Positions 19,701 through 27,649 of a stretch of DNA of 64,000 nt are shown piece after piece (positions within the stretch are counted from its first letter, which is position 1; every line of letters begins with the position of its first letter). The notes under the pieces were generated by a model. That model searched no databases. It saw only the letters and a list, made by a program, of their open reading frames with translations, and was not told the origin of the DNA. A program made the position numbers and the translations under genes. The stretch spans positions 6,334,766 through 6,398,765 of the forward strand of contig OZ250169.1 in the NCBI GenBank assembly GCA_965237955.1, given 5' to 3'. This stretch comes from Candidatus Marinacidobacterales bacterium (GTDB lineage Bacteria > Acidobacteriota > Vicinamibacteria > Marinacidobacterales > SMYC01).

Positions 19701-19888
19701 GTGAACACGATGACCTGGACGTCGGAAAGATCAGGGATCGCGTCGAGCGGACCGTGGGTCATCCCGTAGTAGCCCCAGACCGCGAGACCGGCGACGAAGA
19801 GGACCGTCAGGAAGCGATTACGTGCGCTGGATTCGATAACACGTGCGATGAAACCACCGTGGCTTGCCGGTTCCATAACGCCTACCAC
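16718..19888 (-). CDS. cusA: HME-RND inner-membrane pump, CusA-like
   Basis: 1056 aa. GAMVDAAIIIIENIHKKLEQW and the overall RND 12-TM architecture resemble CusA/CzcA. Operon with MFP and OMF genes. Confidence 0.92.
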   Translation of the reverse strand: MVGVMEPASHGGFIARVIESSARNRFLTVLFVAGLAVWGYYGMTHGPLDAIPDLSDVQVIVFTEWPGQSPDIMEDQITFPISSSLLAAPQVKLVRGQSFFGLSFVYVIFEDGTDMYWARSRVLEYLNEVQGALPAGVTPTLGPDATGVGWVFEYALVDRTGNFDLQQLRSLQDWNLRYALESVPGVAEVASVGGFVKQYQVIIDPNKLLGYDIPLRRVIQAVRESNHEAGGRVIEIAGHEQMVRGRGYVTSIEDLEQAPLAVNDAGVPITIKDVAEVKLGPDMRRGLAELDGEGEVVGGIVVMRYGENALDVIHAVKERLGDIERSLPDGVEIVVTYDRSGLIEASIETLQHTLIEEMIIVSVVIFLFLMHVRSALIPIITLPLGVLFAFVPMYYQGLTINIMSLGGIAVAIGAMVDAAIIIIENIHKKLEQWKDDGSPGGRTTAIIEAMQEVGPSVFFSLLVITVAFMPVFTLEGVEGRLFKPLAFTKTYSMGFAAILAVTLTPALAATFIRGRIRGEEKNLLNRWLVLAYAPIVRLVVRFRKTAVVAALLIMLATIPAFLDLGSEFMPPLNEGAILYMPTAPPGMSITEAATVLQSMDRKLRQFPEVERVFGKMGRARTATDPAPVGMVESVVLLKPKDQWRPGLTWDDLIAEMDRELDYPGMPNIWWMPIQTRVEMLTTGIRSQLGIKVFGDDLSELEEASIAIEQALREVSGTRSAFAERATGGFFLDVKVNRQAASRYGLSVQDVNEVVMTAIGGRNVSETVEGRERYPIQVRYAREFRDHPDALKRVLVATPTGVQVPLPQVAEIGFATGPPMIRSEDGQLVNFVFVDIVGRPLGDYVDEARRLVNERVELPPGVRLEWAGQFVYLERAKERLKIGVPVTLLIVFMLLYMNTGSITETGIVLLAVPFSLVGAIWLLWLLDYNMSIAVWVGLIALAGLDAETGVIMLLYLKLAYVRSQREGRLRSFEDLRETIVEGAARRIRPKVMAVLTTMIGLLPVMWSTGTGADVMKRIAAPMVGGLVTSFAFGLTIYPAIFAIWKKRELPRSTRPLD

Positions 19889-21645
19889 TGCTTCGTCGCC
19901 GACTTGAGCCGGCTTTCCGCGGCGACGAGAAAATTGCCGGAGGTGACGACAACGTCGCCCTCGGCAAGACCGGAGAGCACTTCGTAGTCGTCTCCGGATT
20001 TCACGCCGATTTCGATCTCCTGCGGTCGCAGCCGGCCCTCACCGAGATCGAGGAAGACGAGACGCCGGGGACCGGCGTACAGCACAGCTTCTTCGGGGAC
20101 CACGAGTCTCTCGCCGCGTTCGCTGATGAGCTCGACGTTCGCGTACATGTCGGGCTTCAGCTCAAGGCCCGGGTTCGGGAGCTCGACACGGATCCGCCCC
20201 GTCCGCGTGCGATCTTCGAGATACGGATAGATGAAGGACACCCGTCCTTGGAACTTCCTCCCAGGGAGGTACGGTAACGTCACCTCTGCTTTCTGGCCTT
20301 CCGAAATCGAGGGCAGCTCCGATTCGTAGACCTCGGCATCGATCCAGATACGGTCGAGTCCCGCGACCCGGTAGAGCACCTCGCCGGGCTCCACCGTCGC
20401 CCCGGCGAAGACGTTTTTCTCGATTACGTAACCGTCTACGGGCGACATGATCGGGAGGTATTGCTCGGGCTCGCCTCGGCTGACGATCTCGTCGACCTGC
20501 CACTCTTGAAGATCCCAGAGTCGAAGCCGCTTCCGAGCCGCGTCAACCAGATAGTCGGCCCGGGTTGGCGCCGAGGTCTCGCGCGCAGCACGCTGGCTTT
20601 CGAGGGCGGTGAGAAGCTCCTCCTGAGCGGCGTAGAGCTCGGGGCTGTAGAGAGTGAAAAGAGGTTTTCCTCTGCGCACACGCACCCCGGTGGCATCGGC
20701 ATGGAGCTTTCCCACCCAACCGCGGTATTTGACCGTCACTTCGGCGAGGCGCCGCTCGTCATAGGTAACCTTTCCTACGGCGCGGAGGCGAACCGACACG
20801 TCTCGTCGAGCGACCGTTGCCGTCCGGACCCCGATCGCCTGGCGGTGCTGGGCGTCCATGAAGATGACGCCGGTGTCGACTTCCTCCTGGGTCACGGGAA
20901 CGAGATCCATCGAGCAGATGGGACAGGTTCCCGGCTCCTGGCTCTTGACCGAAGGGTGCATCGAGCAGGTGTAGTGGGAGATTTCTCCTTCGTGAGCGTG
21001 CTCGACGTGGGCTTCAATCTCTGGGAGGGTAGTAGGCTGAGCGACGGTTGAGTCCGTCTCGACTCCGCAGTTCGGCATGGCCTGACCCATGAAGGGGTTC
21101 TCGAGCTCCTCCCTGGGCTGCATCCACTTCGGAAACGTCGACGTCGTGGGACAGGAATAGACGTGCCACCCTTCGAGTACACGAGTGTCGACATTGGCGA
21201 GAACGAGAAGAAGTCGGCTCAGCTCGCCAAACGCTTGGCGTGCAGCTTCCAGATCCGTTGCCTCGGCGAGAGGCGTCGCGACCCGGACAGACTCGGAAAC
21301 GATGCTTTGGACACGGGGTGAGAGAGACCCGCTCTGGCCTTCGACCTCTTCCAGGGAGGAAGCGATGGCGGCAGCAGGAGCTCCGACGTCGTCGAGCCGG
21401 TCGTAGGCGAGCGCGATCCGAGCTTGTTCGTAGGCGGAAAGCGCCTCGCGCAGCGCTTCGAGGACCGGCTCGGGAAACTCCTCTCTCTCGAGAGCCGGGG
21501 CTCGCGTGCTCTTCATGCTCGACGTCGAGGCGCCCTCGTCTTTCGAACAGCTCGTGACACCGAGAGCTCCTGAAACGATCAGTAACGTCGCGGCGATAGG
21601 CCACGTCCGTCGCGGGCTTCTTTTATGGGCCTGATGGGCGTTCAC
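19882..21645 (-). CDS. cusB: CusB-like membrane fusion protein with N-terminal extension and CxxC metal-binding module
   Basis: Lipoprotein-like N-terminus, a helical extension, then HYTCSMHPSVKSQEPGTCPICSMDLVPV (heavy-metal-binding Zn-ribbon-like module), followed by HlyD/MFP barrel-sandwich and beta-barrel regions. Confidence 0.87.
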   Translation of the reverse strand: MNAHQAHKRSPRRTWPIAATLLIVSGALGVTSCSKDEGASTSSMKSTRAPALEREEFPEPVLEALREALSAYEQARIALAYDRLDDVGAPAAAIASSLEEVEGQSGSLSPRVQSIVSESVRVATPLAEATDLEAARQAFGELSRLLLVLANVDTRVLEGWHVYSCPTTSTFPKWMQPREELENPFMGQAMPNCGVETDSTVAQPTTLPEIEAHVEHAHEGEISHYTCSMHPSVKSQEPGTCPICSMDLVPVTQEEVDTGVIFMDAQHRQAIGVRTATVARRDVSVRLRAVGKVTYDERRLAEVTVKYRGWVGKLHADATGVRVRRGKPLFTLYSPELYAAQEELLTALESQRAARETSAPTRADYLVDAARKRLRLWDLQEWQVDEIVSRGEPEQYLPIMSPVDGYVIEKNVFAGATVEPGEVLYRVAGLDRIWIDAEVYESELPSISEGQKAEVTLPYLPGRKFQGRVSFIYPYLEDRTRTGRIRVELPNPGLELKPDMYANVELISERGERLVVPEEAVLYAGPRRLVFLDLGEGRLRPQEIEIGVKSGDDYEVLSGLAEGDVVVTSGNFLVAAESRLKSATKQW

Positions 21646-23075
21646 TTCATACCTCCTTCGAGGGCCTTGTCCCTCGGTGCGTCTCGTCCGCTGCCGCTTT
21701 CATCTGCGATGGACAGGGCTGGAATCCTGCCGAGAGCGCGGTCCAGCTCAGCGCGGCGCCGGTAAAAGTCGGTGAGAGCCTCTTCGTAGCCGAGCTGGAC
21801 GCTCCGCTGATTGCGTTCGGCTTCGATGAGCGCGAGAAAACTGTTCTGGCCGGTCTCGAACCCGGCCCTGGCAGCGCGAATCTGATCCCTCGAGGGGGGG
21901 AGGAGCCGGCTCCGATAAAGCTCCACGACGTGCTCGGCTTCGAGCAGTCTTTCCTGAGCCATGTAGACTTCGGCCCGGATCGTGTCCTCGAGCGCCGTGC
22001 GCGCACTTTCTGCCTGTTTGAGGGTCGCCGCCGCCTCGGCGGATGCGGCGCGGAGGCGATCGCGGCGAATGGGGATGTTGATGCCAATCCCGACCGTCCA
22101 CCGATGCTCCGAATTACCCCACCTGGAATTGAACGAGGTCGTCGCCTCGAAGTCGGGGTAGAAATCCTTCTCGCGCAGACGGACCTCCACCTCTCGGGCT
22201 TCGATCTCCGCGAGGCGGGCCTTGAGCTCCGGTCGTTTGGCGAGCGCCCGGTCCGCCTGCCCCGTGATGTCGAGCTCCCGAGGCGCGGGCACAGCGAGCT
22301 CGGATGGGGGAGGAGGGAGGCTCGCGTCCGGCGCCCGATGAAGAAGCGCGTTCAACTGCGCGACGATTGTCCGCTGGCTCGTTCGTAGTACGACATCGCG
22401 ATGGAGAACGTGCGCGACCTCGACCTCGGCCTGAAGCGGATCCTGCTGTGCGGCAAGCCCCGATACGTAGCGGGCCGTCGCGATGCGCTGGAAGTCCTCC
22501 AACAGACCGATGTGCTCGGCGTTGATTTCGAGCGCACGGACGACAAAGTAGTAATCGTCGAAGAGCAAGGAGGCCAACGTCGCTAGCTGCAGCCGCACAG
22601 CCTGGTAATCGTGACGAGCCGCTTCGGCCTCGGCGCGAGCGATCTCTCCTCTGAGGCGAAGCTTGCCCGGGTAAGGGAGGCGCTGGGCAAAACCGATGCT
22701 CTGCCCGTAGCGCACGTCGCCGGCGCCAATGCTGAGCGGGGCGACGCTGTACGAGACACTGGGATCGTCGAGGCTCGACAACTGAGGCTCTCGCTCCCGC
22801 GCCGCCTCCCAGGCTTGGCGCGCTGCTTCGATCGCAGGGTTACGCTCGACTACGGCGCGGATCACCGTCTCGCGATCGAGCCGGTCGAGCTCGGAAAGAG
22901 GATCCCGCTGCGGTTCTTGAGCGAGTAAGAGCGCCGAGCTCAGTTCCAATGCCGCAAACTTCAGTAAGTAGTATAGGAAAACGTTTCGCAAATTGGCCTC
23001 CCGCGCCTGCACGAGCGGCAGACGTTGTCCAAGTGATTGGATGGATTTAAGGAGGCGGCGGAAGGAGTACCGCAC
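21642..23075 (-). CDS. cusC: TolC/CusC-family outer membrane factor
   Basis: 477 aa. OMF repeats (VVERNPAIEAARQAWEAA..., LKQAESARTALEDT...). Overlaps the cusB start by 4 nt. Confidence 0.85.
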   Translation of the reverse strand: MRYSFRRLLKSIQSLGQRLPLVQAREANLRNVFLYYLLKFAALELSSALLLAQEPQRDPLSELDRLDRETVIRAVVERNPAIEAARQAWEAAREREPQLSSLDDPSVSYSVAPLSIGAGDVRYGQSIGFAQRLPYPGKLRLRGEIARAEAEAARHDYQAVRLQLATLASLLFDDYYFVVRALEINAEHIGLLEDFQRIATARYVSGLAAQQDPLQAEVEVAHVLHRDVVLRTSQRTIVAQLNALLHRAPDASLPPPPSELAVPAPRELDITGQADRALAKRPELKARLAEIEAREVEVRLREKDFYPDFEATTSFNSRWGNSEHRWTVGIGINIPIRRDRLRAASAEAAATLKQAESARTALEDTIRAEVYMAQERLLEAEHVVELYRSRLLPPSRDQIRAARAGFETGQNSFLALIEAERNQRSVQLGYEEALTDFYRRRAELDRALGRIPALSIADESGSGRDAPRDKALEGGMK

Positions 23076-23106
23076 GCCCTCGCCCGTGCAGACGGGCGCT
23101 AGGGCA

Positions 23107-23484
23107 TCAACTCAGGAGTGGAATGTCGAGGGGTTGGTTCGCCAGTAAGGGGGGCGATCCGCGCGAAGACGAAAACGGAATGACTCTGTAGCCGGCGTCG
23201 GGCGCGGTGACGACAGCGGCTAGGACGGCCGCGCCTGGGGCGCCCTTGACGTCCATAGAGGACGGGAAGGGCGATTCCACCGACGCAGGGTTCTGCGAAG
23301 TTCTATCCGGCTTGCAGCAGTCCTCAGTCTTCTCAGGCATGTTGCAATGGTGAGCATCGCCGCGGCAGCACTCCATCGCCTGCTTGTCGTCCGGTCCATC
23401 GGCACAGACGAGACCGGCCAGCGAAGAGAGGACCAGGACGAGCACAAGACACCCGCCGGCCGTCTTCGAGGCTAATCCTGCCAT
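23107..23484 (-). CDS. Small exported Cys-rich protein, first gene of the cusCBA-like operon
   Basis: 125 aa. N-terminal hydrophobic segment, ECCRGDAHHCNMPEKTEDCC cluster, C-terminal ...GYRVIPFSSSRGSPPLL. No family recognised. Confidence 0.55.
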   Translation of the reverse strand: MAGLASKTAGGCLVLVLVLSSLAGLVCADGPDDKQAMECCRGDAHHCNMPEKTEDCCKPDRTSQNPASVESPFPSSMDVKGAPGAAVLAAVVTAPDAGYRVIPFSSSRGSPPLLANQPLDIPLLS

Positions 23485-23538
23485 GTGCCTACTATAGCCT
23501 GGCCCACTTCAAGTTTCGAGCCTGCTAGAGACATTATT

Positions 23539-25254
23539 GCCTCTCCTGCCATTTCAGTGGATCCTCTCGAGGGTGAGACCGCCACAGTTTAGGTAGACGA
23601 GACTGATGAGAGCTTCGGCAGAGTGGAGTCCAAAGCTGCGGTGGCTCAGCAGCCGGATTTTGTTGTTCATTCCTTCGAGTCGGCCGTTGCTGAGTCTCCA
23701 CGTGACCCACGCGATGACGCCATCGAAGTGGCTGCTCATCTTCGCCGCGCGTTTGACGGGCTCTATCCTCGAGCTCATAGCGCGCCGCAGCCATCCTCGG
23801 AGAAACTTCTTGGCCCATGTCTCGGTTTTGTAGGTGTAGAGGTCCATGAAGTTGTCGCGCAGAAGCATGGCGCGGTAGAGGCGACGATTAGCTCGCACCT
23901 GCTCGCGGAGCACCCGTTTGTCTTTCGCGCTGCGGTTGTGTTTGGCCTTGAGAAGGGGAAACTTGGTGTTCTTGAGGTTGCGCCGGGCAGTCCCTTTGAG
24001 CTCGCGCACCAGCTCGCGCCGGGTCTTATCCACGGCCTCGTTCAGATGCTTGACGATGTGGAAGCGGTCAAAGATCACCCGTGCCTGAGGAGCCTTTTTG
24101 CCGACGACAGTTATGTACGGCTCCCACATGTCCATGCTGACCGCTTCGAGCTCCGCGGCTCTTTGTGGTCCGAGCTTGCGGAAAAACCGCAGCAGCGTCT
24201 TGGCCTTGCGCTCCTTTCCCGCCCAGACGACCCGGCCGCTGAGATGGTCTATTACCACTGTTAAGTACTTGTGGCGTTTGCGGTAGCTGATCTCGTCCAT
24301 CCCAATCACCCGCAATCCATCGAGCTCGCGCCGCTCATCCCGCTGCTCGGCAACCACTCGCTGGATGATCCGTCGCACCGAACGCCACGTCACTCGGAAA
24401 TAGTTCGCTACGGCGCTGACGTCCGTCCTCTGTGCCAGCCACGCTACCTCTTGTTCGAAGCTTTTGGTAAAGCGGCTTCCCTTGTCGGCCCAAGGCACCT
24501 TTTCTCTGACCACTCCACACCGCCGACATACTACTCGTCGGATCGAGTAGCGAAGATAGGTCCGGACTCCGAACAGGTCCAAGTGCCGCCAGTAGCGATT
24601 GTAGCGATCTTTGTTCTTGCGGACCTTTCGTCCGCAAATCCCGCACAGAGGCTTCCTCCTCCGTGGTACTACATCCACCACCACTCTGGCTTTGTCCGCC
24701 TGGAAGTGGAAACCTCGGACCCACAGGCCTTGCAATCCGATGAGCTTGTTGACTAACGTAGTAACGCGCATCGCTGGAACGCTCTTTTCTCTTTCGGAAA
24801 AAAAGATTCTAGCGTTCTCGCCGATGCGCATCTACACATGGCTTACCCTCTCAACCCACGGGCCTCACCAAATGCCACTGCCCCTCAGCGGGAGACGAGG
24901 CTGTGGGAAACGCCCCCACGGTTCTGGTCGTTCAGACCTTGCTCACGACTGAGTTCTCTTCGAAGCCTGGAAGGGCGTTTTCCATAGCCTCCACTAATCG
25001 AGCCCCCCCTTCCTTATTCCATATGAATTAATCTTTCTTGTATATATATCAGGAGGGGCCTGTGGGCGCTCGTGGGAAACGCGAAGCGTTTTCCAAGCGA
25101 TTGTGGAAAACGCCGCTCCACGTTTGTACGTGCTCACAACCTTTCCCTAAACGCCTCTCTCGCCCGGAGTTTCCGGCGTTTTCCACAATCGCGGCAGCGT
25201 CCATAGGCCATGCCCTCCAACACAAATCAGATCCCCCGAAACGACAGGAGAACC
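23539..25254 (-). mobile_element. ISL3-family insertion sequence, copy 1 (1716 bp)
   Basis: Ends GCCTCTCCTGCC... / ...GACAGGAGAACC (imperfect IR). Flanked by a perfect 8-bp direct repeat ACATTATT (23531-23538 and 25255-25262). Confidence 0.9.
23554..24831 (-). CDS. ISL3-family transposase
   Basis: 425 aa. zf-ISL3-like CGICG...CRRCG, and DEISYRKRHKYLTVVIDHLSGRVVWAGKERKAKTL...FDRFHIVKHLNEAVD typical of ISL3 DDE transposases. Has a 3-nt deletion relative to copies 2 and 3. Confidence 0.92.
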   Translation of the reverse strand: MRIGENARIFFSEREKSVPAMRVTTLVNKLIGLQGLWVRGFHFQADKARVVVDVVPRRRKPLCGICGRKVRKNKDRYNRYWRHLDLFGVRTYLRYSIRRVVCRRCGVVREKVPWADKGSRFTKSFEQEVAWLAQRTDVSAVANYFRVTWRSVRRIIQRVVAEQRDERRELDGLRVIGMDEISYRKRHKYLTVVIDHLSGRVVWAGKERKAKTLLRFFRKLGPQRAAELEAVSMDMWEPYITVVGKKAPQARVIFDRFHIVKHLNEAVDKTRRELVRELKGTARRNLKNTKFPLLKAKHNRSAKDKRVLREQVRANRRLYRAMLLRDNFMDLYTYKTETWAKKFLRGWLRRAMSSRIEPVKRAAKMSSHFDGVIAWVTWRLSNGRLEGMNNKIRLLSHRSFGLHSAEALISLVYLNCGGLTLERIH

Positions 25255-25262
25255 ACATTATT

Positions 25263-25700
25263 AAAGGCGCGGTGCAACGTGGTCTAACGGTAACGTCGCC
25301 CAATTCGGGCTAACGCCGACTCGCGGTGCTACATCATCCGCTACGGTTTCTACAGAACGAGGTCAGGGAAACGCCGTCGATATCGCTGCGTCGGGTGCGG
25401 AAAGACGTTCCCCGACGAAAGGCACGCCCTACTACAGTCTCCAGCATCGGCGAGCTACGTTCGATGCGGTCGTGGCGCTCAGAGTTGAGGGCGTCAGCAT
25501 TTCCGCGATTGCTCGGATCGAAGGGATTGCCTGGAACACCGTCAGAGAGGCCCGGGCGATCGATGGCAACGCGATGACGGCGAGATGGTAGACGGAGGTA
25601 ACGGAGGCGTGCCTGGGCGAAAGGAAACTCGCCACCACGGTGGATCGCGTTCCGCGTCGGCTCACGAAATATCCATCGACCTCTTCTCGAGCACTTTGGT
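25263..25700 (+). pseudogene. IS1-like zinc-ribbon/HTH transposase N-terminal relic with frameshifts
   Basis: Frames give RCYIIRYGFYRTRSGKRRRYRCVGCGKTF, then (shifted) TKGTPYYSLQHRRATFDAVVALRVEGVSISAIARIEGIAWNTV. I recall this pattern from IS1-family orfA-like proteins. Stops and shifts occur on both sides. Confidence 0.45.
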
Positions 25701-25758
25701 TCGGAGAGAGCGGTCGGGAAGTTTGACTTAGCGCGAAGCTTCGGGGAGAATCAACGTT

Positions 25759-26220
25759 GTGAAGGGCCATGTCCATAGGATTGTCACTGCAAGCCTCCAG
25801 ATAGCTGCGCTGATCGTTTTCTCGGCTGCGGCTCCTCTGGCTCATCTTCATCAAGGTCAAGGTCAACGCGGTCGAGGTCACTTCGATCATCACGAACGTC
25901 ACGGGGAGCTCCCGCCACATCACGGGATCACATTTCATGCTCATTTAGACGGCCACCCGCACGGCTCGAACCAAGAGTCCACTGAGGATCCTAGCGGCCG
26001 GGGTGAGAGCCAAGACGATTCCCTGAACATCTCGCACGGCCGGATGGACTCAACCCGCATCGAGCGGCCCGCGGGTCCCCACCTCGCGCTCGCGGCCACG
26101 GTCGAGCTCAGTCCCCCATCGACTACGTGTCCTGCCCTCGCCAGCGCTGGTTTTGACGTCTATCGCCCGCCGCCGCTTCTCTTCCGAAAGCCTGTCCGTG
26201 CCCCACCCTCCTCTTGCTAA
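25759..26220 (+). CDS. Small His-rich exported protein, first gene of the second HME-RND operon
   Basis: GTG start. Hydrophobic N-terminus, HLHQGQGQRGRGHFDHHERHGELPPHHGITFHAHLDGHPHG, C-terminal ...AGFDVYRPPPLLFRKPVRAPP. Same layout as the 23107-23484 product. Confidence 0.5.
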   Translation: MKGHVHRIVTASLQIAALIVFSAAAPLAHLHQGQGQRGRGHFDHHERHGELPPHHGITFHAHLDGHPHGSNQESTEDPSGRGESQDDSLNISHGRMDSTRIERPAGPHLALAATVELSPPSTTCPALASAGFDVYRPPPLLFRKPVRAPPSSC

Positions 26221-26323
26221 GAGGTAAGTGAGTCTGCCTTTCTAAAGGCACATCCACTTTTTCTTTTTTTTCCGAATTCTTAGCATTCTTAACTGGGTTG
26301 ATGCCCGCATCGGAAGGACGTGT

Positions 26324-27649
26324 ATGTCCGAAAAGGTGACGATCGCATTGGGTCTCGGACGGAACTTGTTTCTCACGACGCTGACTGCGGTTTCCGCGGT
26401 CCTGCCCCAGGTATCGGCGCCCCAGGTATCCGCGGAAGAGTCCGTCCAGCGAATCACCCTCGAGCAGGCGTTAGAGATGTTCGAAGAGAACAACCTGGAG
26501 CTCCGTGTAGTAGCGGCCGAGCGTGACCGGGCACTCGGCTTCGCCGAGCAGGCCAAAGCGCATCCAAATCCGGTGGCGGCAGTTAGCCACGAGGGTTTGT
26601 CTGAGAGTGGGCGAGACTACTCGGAAAGCTACTTCACGCTCAGCCAGCGTCTGGAGTGGCCAGGACGACGTGGGGCGCGAGCAGAGACGTCGGGCGGGGA
26701 GGCGGCCGCGCTGGAATCGAGGCTCGATGCGGAGCGCCATCGACTCGCGTTCGAGGTGAAGCGGACCTTCATCGAGGCGGTGGATGCGGAGGAACGGGTG
26801 GCCGTTGCCTCTGAAGTCCGCTCGGTTTTCCGGATGGCGGAGAATAGCGGCCGGGAGCGTTTCCGCGAGGGGGACCTATCCGGCTATGACGCGCGACGAC
26901 TTCGCATCGAGCGAGCGCGTTACGAAAACCTTGGCGCGTCGGCCGAAATTGATCTCAAGAACGCGCGTCTACGGCTCGCGTCCTTGATTCTCCCCGGAGC
27001 GCCCGGACAAGACCTCCAGGAGATCGCCCCAACGGCGGCGCCCGAGGGCGTACCTCCGTCCGTCCGGGAGCTTCAGGAGAAAACGGCGGTAGCACTCGCT
27101 CTCGAGCGGCGGGCGGACATGCGAAGCGCTGAGGCGCAGATGGCCGCGGCGGACGCTTCCATCCGGTATCTCTCGACCTTCACGGGGCCGGATGTGACGT
27201 TGACAGGAGGCTACAAGCGGCAATCCGATGGCTTCGATGGCTTTTTCTTGGGAGTGAACGTTCCGCTTCCCACGTTCGACCGTCGGAAAGGGGACCTCGA
27301 AGCCGCCGAGGCCGGTTTGCGTGCCGCGATCGCGCGGGTTGATCTCACCCGGCGTTCGATCGAGAACGACGTGCGGAGCTCGCTGGCAGCGTATGCGTCC
27401 GTCTCCGAGCGCATCGTCCTGATTCGCAACCAGCTCCTGACTGGAACCGACGATCTGCTTCGGATCGCGCGCGTGAGCTACAGCGAGGGCGAGATGTCTC
27501 TGCTGGAGCTCCTCGATGCCGCCGAAGCGTTCACAGAATTACAGACCATGGAGTCGCAACTCAAGTCGGAGCACTGGATTCGTTACTACGACCTCGAGCG
27601 CGCGACGGGTACAGCCATCAGCGTCATGACAGGGGAAATCGAGCCATGA
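26324..27649 (+). CDS. TolC/CzcC-family outer membrane factor
   Basis: 441 aa. Signal-like N-terminus, ITLEQALEMFEENNLELRV and a second OMF repeat. 4-nt overlap with the MFP gene. Confidence 0.85.
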   Translation: MSEKVTIALGLGRNLFLTTLTAVSAVLPQVSAPQVSAEESVQRITLEQALEMFEENNLELRVVAAERDRALGFAEQAKAHPNPVAAVSHEGLSESGRDYSESYFTLSQRLEWPGRRGARAETSGGEAAALESRLDAERHRLAFEVKRTFIEAVDAEERVAVASEVRSVFRMAENSGRERFREGDLSGYDARRLRIERARYENLGASAEIDLKNARLRLASLILPGAPGQDLQEIAPTAAPEGVPPSVRELQEKTAVALALERRADMRSAEAQMAAADASIRYLSTFTGPDVTLTGGYKRQSDGFDGFFLGVNVPLPTFDRRKGDLEAAEAGLRAAIARVDLTRRSIENDVRSSLAAYASVSERIVLIRNQLLTGTDDLLRIARVSYSEGEMSLLELLDAAEAFTELQTMESQLKSEHWIRYYDLERATGTAISVMTGEIEP

